NCBI GenBank assembly: GCA_963827655.1
Contig: CAWHCF010000020.1
Coordinates: 280,336 to 344,335 of the forward strand
Reading direction: 5' to 3'
DNA from: an uncultured Acidobacteriota bacterium
GTDB taxonomy: Bacteria; Acidobacteriota; UBA6911
Length of the DNA stretch: 64,000 bases
Numbering within the stretch: the stretch's first letter is position 1; each line of letters begins with the position of its first letter. Below are positions 33,738 to 45,259 of this stretch, piece after piece. Under the pieces are notes generated by a model that saw only the letters and a program-made list of their open reading frames with translations, ran no database searches and was not told the DNA's origin. The position numbers and the translations under genes were made by a program.

Positions 33738-35788
33738 CTATTCACGCGCCGGTGGACTCGACAGATATCGTTCTATGGCAGATCCCACTTCCCAGAGCTT
33801 CGAAGCTCGGAGCGCGGGATCGGTGGAAAGAAAGATCCCGGGGACAAGCGCCGCATCAATACAATGATCCCCGCTCCACTTGCTGTCATTGGGCGCGCTG
33901 AATTCCGGCGGGACCCCACCCAGGGCTGTTTCCCAGGAAGCCCGATAGCCGCGCCCGTATCCGACAATCAGCTCGGGCGAATTTGTTTTATCGATCGATG
34001 GGTCGAGCTCCTGATCCACGAGGACCTGCCGGATAGGTTTGCTTCCATCCTGCGGTAGAGTCCATTGCTCCAGAAGGGTTTTCATCTTTGCAGCCAGTGC
34101 AGGAGCGTCGCGCAAGGCTACAATACCGTGCTGCTCGCGCCCCGCGAGATTGAGGTAAATGGCGTTGAAGCCGAGGGCGTAAGCCTGTGTTCGCGGCCAG
34201 TCCACGCCCGCGAAGAATTGAGCCGAGCTCGGCGAATCATTCTTGAGCTTCAAAAACCCGAGGTCGCGCAGCACGGAGTTAAGGTGGATCGCCGTCCGGA
34301 ACGGGGCAAAACCGTGGTCCGACAAAACTACCAGAGTGCCGCGGCCACCGAGCGCCGCCCGCGCTCTTCCGACCAGGGCATCCATCTGCTCGTACCATCG
34401 GGCAATGGTATCCCGATGCCCCGCTGCTTCCGGCGTCTCGTACAGTGGATGCTCCCGATCGATTCCACGCCAGAACATGTGCTGGATGATGTCGGGCGAT
34501 TCGAAGTAGCTGAAGAGCATTCCGGTTTCGAAGCGCCCCAGCTCGAAGAACAGCATCTTCTCGGTTTCTTCGTCAATTATGCGGCAGTGGGCCAGAAAAT
34601 CTTCGTCGGAAAGAAAGCCATCGGTCAGCGCGGGCGTGTCAAAAGGCATCCCGCGGGTGTGATAGAGGCCGACTGCATCCACCAGGTCCCTGGCGTACGA
34701 CCCGGGATGGCTGATGGGATAATACGGGGCGGCAGGATCGAAGTTGAGCGGTGAGATATAGAGGCTGATTTCGCCTCGTTCGCGCTTCAGGAGCATGCGG
34801 GTCACGGCGCGCACTTTTTGCAGATTGAGAGGACCGAAGCGGAACTCGAGCCTGATCCAGTCGCTCCAGCGACCTTCGGGTAGCGCATAGTCCTTTCCCT
34901 GAAGTTTCAATACTGCGGGACGCTGCGAGGCATCGATCACGAAGGGCTCGCGCACATTGTCGGGCTGCCCGGCATGATAAGGCCCGGGGATCTTACCCCG
35001 CAGCGCGCGGTCTTCCCCCTCGAGCCTGAGAATAATTCCGCGAGCTTCAGGGTGGTCGATGGCAGCAGTTGACAGATAAGTGTAAGTTCCTTCCGTTCCC
35101 CGGATATCCCAAACTCCCATCCCGGCCAGGATCCTGCCTTTGACCACGGGAGGAGGAAAAGACATTGGCATCCGCAGGGCTACTATCCCCAGTCGCGACA
35201 ATGCGGGTCCTTCCCAGAAAGGTGTGCCCTTCCAGGGGAGTGACAGGTGTTCACGATCGGCGATGGCCAGATCCGGCGCATACGACGCGGGATCACGCTT
35301 GATGAAATCAAACATGCCGTGACGGCTCGGCTCGGAGGCGGTAATGAAGGACGACCAGGCTACGGGACTCTGCGGCGGGTTCGTGGTGGCAAGCCTGTGC
35401 AAACCTGACTCAGCCGCCAGGCGTGAAAAATTCGGAAGCCGCGCCTCGCCCATGAACTGTTCTAGAAGCACGGGATCCAACCCGTCCAGCGCCAGTACCA
35501 GTACCCGTTGCGTGCCTGCACTCTGAGAGCTGGTTTTCGTTCTTTAAAGATCGACATGACTGCGAAGAAACCCAGGGGAACGATGATCACGATGCCGATA
35601 ATTGCGCGATAATGGCGCTTGACCAGGGCCGCGCCCGACGACCAGAGCTGGCGGCCGAAAGTTCTGATTGTCAGCCATGCTGCACCAAGCGAAGCAAGGA
35701 TCCCGGACAGAATCGAAACCCAGATTGAGGGGGGCAAGCCGCCGGTGGGATCAATGTAAAGCAGCGTGGATGGAAAAATCGGAAGCAA
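33738..35788 (-). CDS. Alkaline phosphatase superfamily (type I phosphodiesterase-like) membrane-anchored protein (frameshift ~35520)
   Basis: N-terminal YIDPTGG plus TM segment; VLVLALDGLDP, TTNPPQSPVAWSSF..HGMFDF, DIIQH, SDHGF and WSGDH. Confidence 0.85.
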
Positions 35789-35834
35789 TCCCGCTTCTCC
35801 AGCTTGCGTGATGTCACATCGGGGTGTCGCGTCG

Positions 35835-37085
35835 CTAGAGGACGATCCCGGCCCCGGCGGCCACTCCCTTGCGCTCTAGCACTAACCGCCCCAGTGCTGC
35901 CAGGCGCTCGAACGGTTCCGTGACTATAGGCTTGTCCGCGGCAAACACTACATCCCCGACATTGGGAGCGTCAAGCCGTTCGGATCTTCCTTCCTCGATC
36001 GCGAGCGTCGAACTGTCGATGGTGCGCAAGATTTCAGCGACCGAGACCTGCGCCTCCTGGGTGGAGCACCGGAGTGTCAGGTTCTGTCCGACCTGCATCG
36101 GTTCGAGATCCCACCAGAAAACGCGACTCGTTATCTTGCGCGATATGGCTGGGGGATTTTTCCAGGTTTCGCCCACCAGTACGGCTCCGCGTTCCACCTC
36201 GTGCCCTCCCGGAAGGCCTGATGCCGATTCCAGGCACAGGGCGACGCATTCCCCTGCCTCGGCAGGCTCGCGGTTTGTGGGAAAGCGCACGATTTCCCGC
36301 ACGGTCACCACGTCCTGCGAGGGATAAACCGTCAGGCAATCCCCTTCGTGCACGCGTCCAGCCAGGACACGACCCGCCAGGCAGGTCCGCCCGCCCACCG
36401 CATAGGAATCCTGGATCGCGAAACGGACTGGTAGTCCCTCCGGAGTAGCGGTAGGGAGACGCTCAATCGCCTCGATCAGGGTGGGTCCGTGATACCAGGG
36501 GGTTGAAGCTGCCAACGAAGCGATGTTGTCCCCATGAGCCGACGAGACTGGAACGATGCTCAGCGGCTCGATGGACAAAGAGGAGAGCAACTGCTGGGCC
36601 TCCTGAGCGGTTTTTTGGAAGCGCTCCTGGGAAAAATCGAAGAGGTCGATTTTGTTGCAGGCAACAATGACCCGGCAGATGCCGAGGAGCGCGACCAGTA
36701 AGGCATGGCGGCGCGTCTCGGCGCGGACGCCCTCATCGACGGCGACCACCAGCAGGGCGGCCTCGGCGCGTGTCGCGCCTGTCATCATGTTCCGGAGGAA
36801 GCGAGAGTGACCGGGAACGTCGATGAGTACGAGGGCGCGGGCGCCGGTTCGGACAAATACCTGCGCTGTGTCGATAGTCAGGCCGTCCTGGCGCTCGGCC
36901 TCGAGATGGTCGACCAGAAACGCCCACTGATTCTCGCAGCCGGCTTGCCGGCTGAGTACAAGGATTTCCTCAACGCGACGGGCGTCGACGCCGGCGCTGT
37001 CGAGCAGCAGCCGGCCGATCAAAGTCGACTTGCCATGGTCGGGGTGGCCCGTGACGACGAGGTGCAGCGGCGACGTCCGATCCAT
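35835..37085 (-). CDS. cysN: Sulfate adenylyltransferase subunit 1 (GTPase)
   Basis: GHPDHGKSTLIGRLL, LTIDTA, DVPGH, NMMTGA, NKID and PWYHGPTL; adjacent to cysD. Confidence 0.9.
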   Translation of the reverse strand: MDRTSPLHLVVTGHPDHGKSTLIGRLLLDSAGVDARRVEEILVLSRQAGCENQWAFLVDHLEAERQDGLTIDTAQVFVRTGARALVLIDVPGHSRFLRNMMTGATRAEAALLVVAVDEGVRAETRRHALLVALLGICRVIVACNKIDLFDFSQERFQKTAQEAQQLLSSLSIEPLSIVPVSSAHGDNIASLAASTPWYHGPTLIEAIERLPTATPEGLPVRFAIQDSYAVGGRTCLAGRVLAGRVHEGDCLTVYPSQDVVTVREIVRFPTNREPAEAGECVALCLESASGLPGGHEVERGAVLVGETWKNPPAISRKITSRVFWWDLEPMQVGQNLTLRCSTQEAQVSVAEILRTIDSSTLAIEEGRSERLDAPNVGDVVFAADKPIVTEPFERLAALGRLVLERKGVAAGAGIVL

Positions 37086-37086
37086 G

Positions 37087-37890
37087 TTACATGTAGCCCA
37101 GTGATCGAAGCTTTTGCATCAAGTAGGCCGATTCCCCCTCGTGCATTCGGCCTGATCGCTCGGCACTGGCGGGCGTTCGAATCTCATGAAGAATATCGTC
37201 AACTGAAGTGGCCGGCGAGTCGATGGGATGACAGCACGTGCGGCACCCAATGCTTCGATAACGCTTTCCCTCTCGAGCGAAGTAGGGCTCGGCGACCGGT
37301 ATGTTCTCCCGTTTGATATATTCCCAGATATCCAGCTCGGTCATGTGAAGGAGCGGATGAATACGAAAATGTTCGGCCGGGTCTGTGGCTGAGCCGTAAA
37401 GATCCCACAACTCGGGTGGCTGGCTGTTGAAGTTCCAGCGCGATTCGCTGTCTCGCGGCGAGAAGTAGCGCTCCTTGGCCCGGATGCCATGCTCGTCGCG
37501 GCGAATGCCCAGGAAAACCGCTTCGAGCCGGAGATCCCGGACCGCCTGTTTGAGGGCTTCGGTCTTGAGGGCATTGCAGCAGGTCAACATGTCGTAAGCA
37601 TGTCTTCCCATTCCTGCCGAGAGGGCGGCCTCGTTACGCCTGACAACAAGATCGAGGGCCCATTCTTGCGCCAGTTGAGCGCGGTACCGGTAAATCTCAT
37701 CGAATTCGTAGCTGGTGTCGACATGGATGACCGGAAAAGGGATGCGGCCTAGGAAGGCCTTGCGGCAAATCCAGAGCAGTACCGTCGAGTCTTTCCCCAT
37801 CGACCAGAGCAGGGCCAGACGATTGAAGCGGCGGTGAGCTTCGCGGATGATGAAGATGCTCTCATTTTCAAGTTCTGAGAGGTAGTCCAT
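37087..37890 (-). CDS. cysD: Sulfate adenylyltransferase subunit 2
   Basis: LENESIFIIRE, SMGKDS, GIRRDE..RAKERYFS, YRSIGC and ends LRSLGYM. Confidence 0.95.
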   Translation of the reverse strand: MDYLSELENESIFIIREAHRRFNRLALLWSMGKDSTVLLWICRKAFLGRIPFPVIHVDTSYEFDEIYRYRAQLAQEWALDLVVRRNEAALSAGMGRHAYDMLTCCNALKTEALKQAVRDLRLEAVFLGIRRDEHGIRAKERYFSPRDSESRWNFNSQPPELWDLYGSATDPAEHFRIHPLLHMTELDIWEYIKRENIPVAEPYFAREGKRYRSIGCRTCCHPIDSPATSVDDILHEIRTPASAERSGRMHEGESAYLMQKLRSLGYM

Positions 37891-38005
37891 ATATTGCCGG
37901 GAAAGTATAACAGCATCGGATCAAGTTTCCGCGCCGCAAAAGATGAAGACGACCCTGAGACCGCGTTTTAGCGCGCGCTTCAACATCATCGGAGGGGGAC
38001 AGGAT

Positions 38006-38245
38006 TCAGATATTCTCGATCTGAACGAGCTTAATGCGCCCGGACGCCCCGCTTTTGATAGAGACCGCGGACTTGGGACAGCCGAAGCGCTCGGCGACCA
38101 GAGCGACCAGCTCCACATTGGCCTTGCCATCCACTGGCGGCGATTTCAGCTTCGCTTGCCAGAGCCTTCCATCGCTCAATAGTTCCAGCGAGCTTGTCCG
38201 GGCGTTCGGCTTGACTTTCACTTGGATGGTCTTCGTGCTACTCAT
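38006..38245 (-). CDS. DUF167 (YggU) family protein
   Basis: VKVKPNA, SPPVDGKAN and VSIKSGASGRIK. Confidence 0.9.
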   Translation of the reverse strand: MSSTKTIQVKVKPNARTSSLELLSDGRLWQAKLKSPPVDGKANVELVALVAERFGCPKSAVSIKSGASGRIKLVQIENI

Positions 38246-38335
38246 AGCTACCGTCAATGAGCCAAGTGTACCGCCGGCCCACTCGAGTACGCCGGTCACG
38301 TAAACCAACGGCAGCTCAACGCGCTGTTAGGCGAA

Positions 38336-38587
38336 TCACCGCTGTGAGCCTTTTCTTTGGCGTTTGGATTCTGGTAGCGCGGAGATAACGGAGCGTAGGA
38401 AAGCGTTGACCGACTCCGAGGACTTGAATACCGCGGCAACGTCCGGCTCCAAGATGACTGCCACTGTCCGGCTAGCCATCTTCGAGGCAAAGCGATTTGG
38501 CTTCGCTTTCCGGTAGTCGAACCGATATTCCACTGGTAAACCAGCACGGCTTGATTTTCTTTTGTTAAGAACCGACGTTTTCTTCAT
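38336..38587 (-). CDS. BrnA-like antitoxin
   Basis: EYRFDYRKAKPNRFA..VILEPDVAAVFKSSESVNAFLR; overlaps the 3' end of brnT. Confidence 0.8.
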   Translation of the reverse strand: MKKTSVLNKRKSSRAGLPVEYRFDYRKAKPNRFASKMASRTVAVILEPDVAAVFKSSESVNAFLRSVISALPESKRQRKGSQR

Positions 38588-39087
38588 AATCCTTACGCTC
38601 CCATCTTGTCGCTCTTCGAGCGCTGAACAGCCGTACTATCGTTCTGCGCTCGGTGAAATGGACTAGAATCAGTCGGTGTTTGATCGAGTGTCCGATAATG
38701 ATCTCCCGGTGCTCCTCGGTGGAATGTTTCTCGTCGTCGAAAATACGAGCTAAGGGCTCGCGCAGAAATAACTTCACATTCTGGCGCGAGAGTCGTTGGT
38801 GAATCATGAACGGTTTTCTTTTGCTAAGCACGCTGAGAATCGCGCCCCTTCGGGCTGCGGCCCGCAGGCCCGCTGGCTTTGTTGCTCGCTCCTCACGTAC
38901 CGCACCGGGTACGCATCGTCGCTCACGCCTCGCCAGCGGGCCTGGGGGCCTGCAGCAGAATGCGAACTTATTTCTGCGCGAACCCTAAGGGATCTGCAAA
39001 AACGGTTAATGCTTCATCGAATGAAACACCATGTTTCCTCAGATTCGCGCGCGCTTTTCTCCGATCCCACTCGAAATGCAGACTCAT
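38565..39087 (-). pseudogene. brnT: BrnT family toxin interrupted by a MITE
   Basis: 5' part MSLHFEWDRRKARANLRKHGVSFDEALTVFADPL (39087-38986) and 3' part ARIFDDEKHSTEEHREIIIG..FSARRATRWERKDYEE rejoin in frame (95 aa) once the insert and one TAA are removed. Confidence 0.9.
38754..38985. mobile_element. 232-bp MITE with 30-bp terminal inverted repeats and 3-bp TAA target duplication
   Basis: Left GGGCTCGCGCAGAAATAACTTCACATTCTG versus right (reverse complement) GGGTTCGCGCAGAAATAAGTTCGCATTCTG, 27/30 identical. TAA at 38751-38753 and 38986-38988. Confidence 0.9.
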
Positions 39088-39329
39088 TTCCCGAAGGAGA
39101 TGTTACCAGAGGCAGGGCATTTTGTAACCCGGCGGGTTAACGTCGGGCGGTCAACAGCGGCCGGCAATGACGACGCCCTCCGACTTCTGCGCTTCGGACC
39201 TGGGCAGGCGGTCGAACTCCTGGAATAGCTGCGCCAGCGTTTAGCGTCTCTAGCAGCAATCGCGCTCGCCCTCTGACTTTGCCGACAAGTACTTTCGGGC
39301 GGAGAATAACGAACCGTAGATCCTGAGCA

Positions 39330-41513
39330 TTATCTTTTCGTGGAACTAAGCTGTTTGTGTTTTGCGAACTCTTCTTCCGCCTCCTTGGGCATTCCCTTCT
39401 GAAGATATACCTTTCCCAGATAGTAATGTGCCTCGGCGTTTTTGGGATCGATTTCCGTGGCCCGTTTGCAGGCCTCGAGTGCCTCGTCCGTCATACCTTT
39501 ATGCATGAAGACCAGTCCCAGGTTGACATAAGCCTGGACGAGTTTCGCGTCTCTTCGAATGGCTTCGCGGTATGCGTCGGCGGCTTCATCATAACGCTTG
39601 CCAATCTGATGGATCGAACCCAGGGTATTGTATGCCTCCGCGTTATCAGGATTGATCACGATGGCCATCTTAGCCCTAGCCATCGCCTCTTCCAGCAGGC
39701 CGCGGCTGGCGAAAATGACAGCCAGATTATGCATGGCCAAAAAGTCATTTCCATCGACTTTCAGCGCTCTGTTATATTCCCGGATCGCTTCATCGGGCTT
39801 GTTCTGCTTCTGGTAAACAATCCCGAGGTTTGTATGAGCCTTGCTATAGGTGGGATCTAACTCGAGGGCTCTCCTGAATCCCAATACCGCGCCCTCGAGG
39901 TTATTCAAATGCGCGTTGGATAATGCGAGATTGAATGTTGCCAGGACGTTTTGCGGATCCTGCTCCAATACGGCTCTGAATTCCTTTGCGGCCAACCCAT
40001 AATCACCTGTCTTTTGATACTCGATCCCAAGTGCCAGACGGACTGCTGGAATGGTGCGGTCTTTGGTCACAACCTTGCGCAGCAAGTTTATGGCTTCCCC
40101 GGTTCGATTTTCACTGGAAGCGGCCAGTGCCTCTTGAATATCGAGGTACAGGTGAACCTTGTCCTTTGGGTCAGGTAAAGATTTACCGCTTTTGGATAAG
40201 TTCACGCGACTCGATTGCCCCAGATATCCGAGCGACTTTAATCGCTCCTGGGTAGCAGGATCCGGGGGCTTGGTCTGCGGTGTGGCGGTGACCGGCGCCG
40301 AAAGCTTTCTCGTCGTTTCCAACAGCAGCTGTCTCATCTGACGGGATACCGCTCCATTTTGAGAGTAAATGTTCTTTGACTCCCTGGGATCGGCTCGCAA
40401 GTCGTACAGTTCCGGTTTGGGCGCGTCTATAAACTTGAACCTTCCGTCGGAGATTGCCTTCAATTCACTCCAGCCAAAGTGATATCTCGGGTAATAAGAT
40501 TCGCTGTACGATACCCGTTGGTTCTTCGGCTTTGCCCCGAGAGAAAGCGACAGCAGGTCTGATCCTTGCATTGATGAAGGCCTCTGAAAGCCCAGGAACT
40601 GCAGGATTGTGGGAGCAATATCGATACTTCGGACCTGCAAGTCGACTATTTTGCCTCTCTGTGCGGGGTCAACCGACCGAATGATTAAGGGCACATGAAG
40701 GGAGGGCTCATAAAGGAAGAAACCGTGTGTATTCTCAAGGTGTTCGCCTAAAGCTTCTCCATGATCGCTGGTGAACATGATTACTGTATTCTGAAGCAGA
40801 CTTTTCGCCTCGAGAAACGCAACCATATCTCCGATCAGTTTGTCGACAAAAGCGACCTCGCCATCGTAGGGCGCTTTGCTATAGATGGTCTTGAAGGGCT
40901 CTGGCGGATCATAAGGATCATGCGGGTCAAATAGGTGTACCCAGGTAAAGAATTTTCGATTCTTGTTCTCTTCCAGCCACTTGAGCCACTCGGCTACCAC
41001 GAGGTCGCCTCGCCGTTGCACATCGGCCCCGCTGATGCCCTGGTACTTGCTGGCAACGAAGTTGTCGAAATAGTTCTCAAAACCGCGCGCCAGGCCGAAA
41101 CGCCGATCCAGTACGAAGGAACCGACGAAGGCCGACGTGCTGTAGCCATTAGATTTAAGAACCTCCGTCACTGTGGGTATGTCACGCCTGAATTCAAAGT
41201 ATGCGTTATCTCTCACGCCATGAAAAAAGGGATAGGTTCCGGTCAGAATGGACCAATGTGAAGGTAGAGTTAGAGGTACGTGGGCATAAGCTTTCGAAAA
41301 AAGGATTCCTTCCTTAGCAAGCCGGTTGATGTTTGGCGTTTTGATCCGGTCATATCCGTAGCATTCAAGGTGATCCGCTCGCAGGGTGTCTACAGTGATG
41401 AGGATGGCGTTATTAGCACCCGGGGCGCTCGACCCTGAATCGGCTGCCAGACGTGGCCAATCAAGCACCAGTGCAACGAGAATGAACGCCGCCTTGAATA
41501 GAAACTTTGTCAT
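39330..41513 (-). CDS. Sulfatase-like hydrolase/transferase with C-terminal TPR repeats
   Basis: LITVDTLRADH, PLTLPSHWSILTG, WVHLFDPHDPY, SDHGE, ELYDL..DPRE, LKSLGY, followed by TPRs. Confidence 0.92.
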   Translation of the reverse strand: MTKFLFKAAFILVALVLDWPRLAADSGSSAPGANNAILITVDTLRADHLECYGYDRIKTPNINRLAKEGILFSKAYAHVPLTLPSHWSILTGTYPFFHGVRDNAYFEFRRDIPTVTEVLKSNGYSTSAFVGSFVLDRRFGLARGFENYFDNFVASKYQGISGADVQRRGDLVVAEWLKWLEENKNRKFFTWVHLFDPHDPYDPPEPFKTIYSKAPYDGEVAFVDKLIGDMVAFLEAKSLLQNTVIMFTSDHGEALGEHLENTHGFFLYEPSLHVPLIIRSVDPAQRGKIVDLQVRSIDIAPTILQFLGFQRPSSMQGSDLLSLSLGAKPKNQRVSYSESYYPRYHFGWSELKAISDGRFKFIDAPKPELYDLRADPRESKNIYSQNGAVSRQMRQLLLETTRKLSAPVTATPQTKPPDPATQERLKSLGYLGQSSRVNLSKSGKSLPDPKDKVHLYLDIQEALAASSENRTGEAINLLRKVVTKDRTIPAVRLALGIEYQKTGDYGLAAKEFRAVLEQDPQNVLATFNLALSNAHLNNLEGAVLGFRRALELDPTYSKAHTNLGIVYQKQNKPDEAIREYNRALKVDGNDFLAMHNLAVIFASRGLLEEAMARAKMAIVINPDNAEAYNTLGSIHQIGKRYDEAADAYREAIRRDAKLVQAYVNLGLVFMHKGMTDEALEACKRATEIDPKNAEAHYYLGKVYLQKGMPKEAEEEFAKHKQLSSTKR

Positions 41514-41566
41514 GGGTCTAAAAACCGAAATGCAATGCTTTTCGCGTGTTCTTGGTACTTGCGCGG

Positions 41567-43218
41567 TTACGGTTGTGCGGATCGGAATTCCCGAGTCTTC
41601 TGGATCTCATTACCCTCCGTCAGACGGTACAAAAAGCCGGTCGGAAGACTTTGGAATATCTGAGCGTTCCACTTGGCCACGTGACTCCAGCCTCGAGAGG
41701 GGAGTGCGGCGGCTCGATGAAAATCCGCGGATCCTTGCCGAAAGGTAGCTGCCGCTTGTATCCACCATGGCCTGGCTAGTCCGGCGTTGACAACGCAACG
41801 GACCGGCGTTGGATGGCGGAACGGTTGGATTCTTTACCGCAAGTTGAATCATCAGGCGATTGCCTGCAGAGTTTCATTCAAGAGGATTTGTGGCCTGCCG
41901 CCGGAATTGCTGACGACCAGGTCCAGGTCGCCGTCATTATCCAGATCGCCAGAGCGTCCGCGGCTTACAAACACGCCCTCTCGATTAATGGAACTGGCCG
42001 GCGACACATCACAAATAGACCGCCGCGATTTTCAAACAAGAGATTGGGCTGGGCATAAGTAATCGAATCGCTGTAGGCGTCAAGGTTATCGAGAATATGT
42101 ACGTTGGCGACGAACAAGTACAGGTCGCTGTGGGCATAGTAGTCGAAAAAACATGTCCCGAAACCGACGTAGGGCAGCGACGGGAGGGCGAGACCGCTTC
42201 GTGAGTTACGTCACGAAAGAACAGGGGCTTTTCCTGGCGATACAGGGTGTTCGTTTCACCAGAAAAATTCGTTACGAAAATATCGGCTCTCCCGTCCCGG
42301 TCGTAGTCCCCGATTGTGACTCCCATGCCTGCCTCCGCGACGCCGTTCTCGTCGAAGGCGGCCCCTGACTGGAGCGAGATATCGCGGAAGGAGCCGTCTC
42401 CCTTGTTGTGATAGAAAAGATACATCTCGGTGTCGTTGGCTATATAGACATCCAAAAAACCATCATCATCGAAATCCCAGAGACCGATGCCGAGTCCTTT
42501 GCCTTTTAGACCGTCCACGCCTGCGATTCGAGTGATGTCAGTAAAAGTTCCATCTCCATTGTTTGGATAAAGGACATCACGCGCTCCGGGAAAATGGCTG
42601 GGATGGCAATAAGCGCGATGCTTCTCGTCACCGCAGCGCTTGGGATTCTCGAGACCATACTCCAAATAGTTGACCAAGTAGAGATCAAGATCGCCGTCAT
42701 TCTCGAGGTCGAAGAAGGCGGCGCTGCTGCCCCACTGCGTATCTCCCACGCCGGACCTGTCGGTGGCGTCCGTGAAGGTTCCATTTCCGTTGTTCCTGTA
42801 AAGGATGTTCTTTCCAAAATTAACCACGTAGAGGTCGACTCAGCCATCGTTGTTGTAGTCGCCGCAAGCGGCTCCCATACTGTAACCGGTGCCGAGCCAT
42901 GCCGGAAGCGGCAGTGACGTCTGCGAACCTTCCATTCCCGAGGTTTTGATACAGACGATTCTGTGATATGCGTTCCGGACTGACTAGGCTGGCGCCGTTT
43001 GTGAAGTACATATCCAGATGACCGTCATTATCGAAGTCGAATAAAGCCACTCCCGAACCCATGGTTTCCACCAAATATTTGTGTTTGGTCGCGCACCGAT
43101 CATGCCGAAAATCGACTCCGATCTCGTTGGATACGTCGCGAAAAGAGACGCCGTTACCGGGAGACCTGAACAGGAGCGAAAGGAGAGAGACAACGCTGAC
43201 CAGGAAAAACGATTTCAT
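41567..43218 (-). pseudogene. CRTAC1/FG-GAP-ASPIC-UnbV protein, heavily frameshifted (decay or poor consensus)
   Basis: ETMGSGVALFDFDNDG, LYRNNGNGTFTD, ANDT, AGMGVTIGDYDRDG and TNFSGE. 3' remnants GDLDNDGDLDLVVSN, SYLS and WPSG are scattered across frames. Confidence 0.8.
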
Positions 43219-45117
43219 GGGATCTGGCTATAAACTTTGTCAGGATTGGAACGTAAGTTCTGGCGGGTTTGCTCGTTTCTAAATCCCACCAGCTGGCGCA
43301 AGTGATGATCGGCTTGCTCGCGGTTGCCGGTCTCGAGGTAGTGTTGCGCCAGTTGATGGTGCGATGCGATGTGACCGGGATCAGTCTTCAGAGCCTGCTG
43401 CCATAGATCGACGGCCTCAAGGCGGGAACCGGTCCGATGCTTGATGCGCCCCAGCCAGTAAAGCGCTGCGACGTCGCCGGCGTTCAGGCGGAGCGCTCTC
43501 ATCAAGTGACTCTCTGCGGTTTCCAGCCGACCAAGGTGAAATTCAACCTCGCCTAGGGCCAGGATAGCTGCCCGGTGCCGGGGGTCGCGTTCTATGGCTT
43601 TACCGAACAGCGCGGCGGCTTCTTCGTAACGTCCCCAACTGTGAGCGGGAAGAGCGAGATAGTAGTAGGCCTCTGCTCGGTCAGGAGCTATGGCGATCGC
43701 CTGCTCGAGGAAATCGGCGCCCCGCTTTCTCCGATCCATCGAGAACAGCTCTCTGGCGATATCGATAAGAAGATCGTAGTTCGGTTTGATGGCAAGGGCT
43801 TTCTCGAAGTAGTGGACTGCATCATGATGCCTGACCTGTCTCGACATTTCCCTCCCGTATTGGTACAGGACTGGATACGACGACGGGGCCGATTCGAGCG
43901 CGCGCTGGTATTGTTTCAAGGCGTCTTCATGGTTGAAAGCTCGGGTGAACGCCTGGGCTAAGGCGAGGCGGAAAAGCGGATTGTCTGGATTCAGATCGGC
44001 CGCCGCTTGGAGTTGTTGAGTTGCGCGCGCGACGTCACCCGCCTCCAGGTACACAAGCCCAAGCTTGTAAGAAGCAGCGGCCCGGTTCTTGGCGCCAGTT
44101 TTCTCATGTTCCAACTGCTTGACCGCATCGGCAAGACGATCCGCAGCTTCTGTGGTCCGTCCCAAATCTTTCAAGGCTTTTCCGGTTAAATATAGAGCCT
44201 CACCATTGTGAGGCTGGAGCGCCAGAATTTTCTCAAGCTGATGGAGAGCTTGGCTGCTTTGCTTAAGATTCAGGTGATATTCAGCCAGAAGCAGGCGAGG
44301 CACCTCCCATTTCGGGTCAGCTCCAATAGCCGTCTCCAGCCGGGACTCCAGTTCCGGTAGCCTTTGGTCCGGGTACGCCAGCAGCAATGCTTTACAGTAC
44401 AGGCACCCTATTACCGGGCTTTTCATTCCCCGGCTCATGGCCCGTTGCAGTAATTCAAGCGCCTCGCCAGCCGCCCGTGGCGCAACAGCAAGTTGCCCAT
44501 CTCGATGTAAGCGGGTTCAAATCCTGGTACCAGACCTATGACCCGACGGTAGCATTCGAGCGCATCCTGGGTATTTCCCAGCTCCCCTTCCACCACAGCG
44601 AGCAGGTAACCGAGGCGCACGGAATCCGGTATTTGAGCAATGGCCTCGCGCAAGAACTCGCGAGCCTGCGTGTAACGCGACATTTCAATCAGGACGGTCG
44701 CGAGATCAGTTTGATAGTCCTCTCTTCGCGGATCTGTCTGGGCGGCGCTCTTCAACTGCGACAGGGCAGAATCAGACGCGCCGGCTTTGTGCAAAAGCTT
44801 TCCAGCAGATTGAGACTTGCGCCATCGGACACACCGAGGGCGTGAAGCCGCTCGAGAACTGCGATGGCTTCGCGGTGGCGGCCGGTTTCGAAGTAACAGC
44901 GAGCGAGACTATAGGCAGCCGGTAGGGAACGAGGCTCCCCGCTTAGCAAGTTTTTCCAAAGGGAAAGGGCTTCCTCCCAGCGTTCTTCGCGTATCAGGTT
45001 GTATCCTTTGTGCTCGAGCTCCGCATTCCCTTTCTGTGCTGAGGTGAGCACGGCGGGAGAACCCCATAGGACCTCCAGGATAAACAATTGCAGCAGTTGT
45101 GCTCGCCAACTGATCAT
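43215..45117 (-). CDS. Secreted TPR-repeat protein (two frameshifts, ~44780 and ~44440)
   Basis: Three consecutive TPR-like ORF pieces; signal peptide MISWRAQLLQLFIL. Confidence 0.75.
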
Positions 45118-45259
45118 GGCACAAACCGTCTTTAGCAGGCCTTCAAGCGAACCGCGGGCAGTATATCACGCGATCAGAGGCCAGATTCGCGTCTTCCCGT
45201 TTTTGAGGTTGATCTGTCTTTGCGGATTTAGGCTAGAATCGAGGCGGAGTGTTTCCGGG

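Noticed and set aside
38305-38332. attC-like half site (GCCTAAC-AGCGC-GTTGAGC on the minus strand) right after brnA
   Set aside because: No complementary second half, no second clear attC and no integrase; at most a cassette remnant.
38788-38831. ORF-track start for a new N-terminus of BrnT (MLSKRKPF...)
   Set aside because: It derives from MITE sequence; the true N-terminus lies at 39087-38986.
41255-41285. Sulfatase lacking the C/S-x-P-x-R formylglycine motif (TLPSH)
   Set aside because: To my knowledge this variant is common in sulfatase-TPR proteins, so it is not distinctive here.
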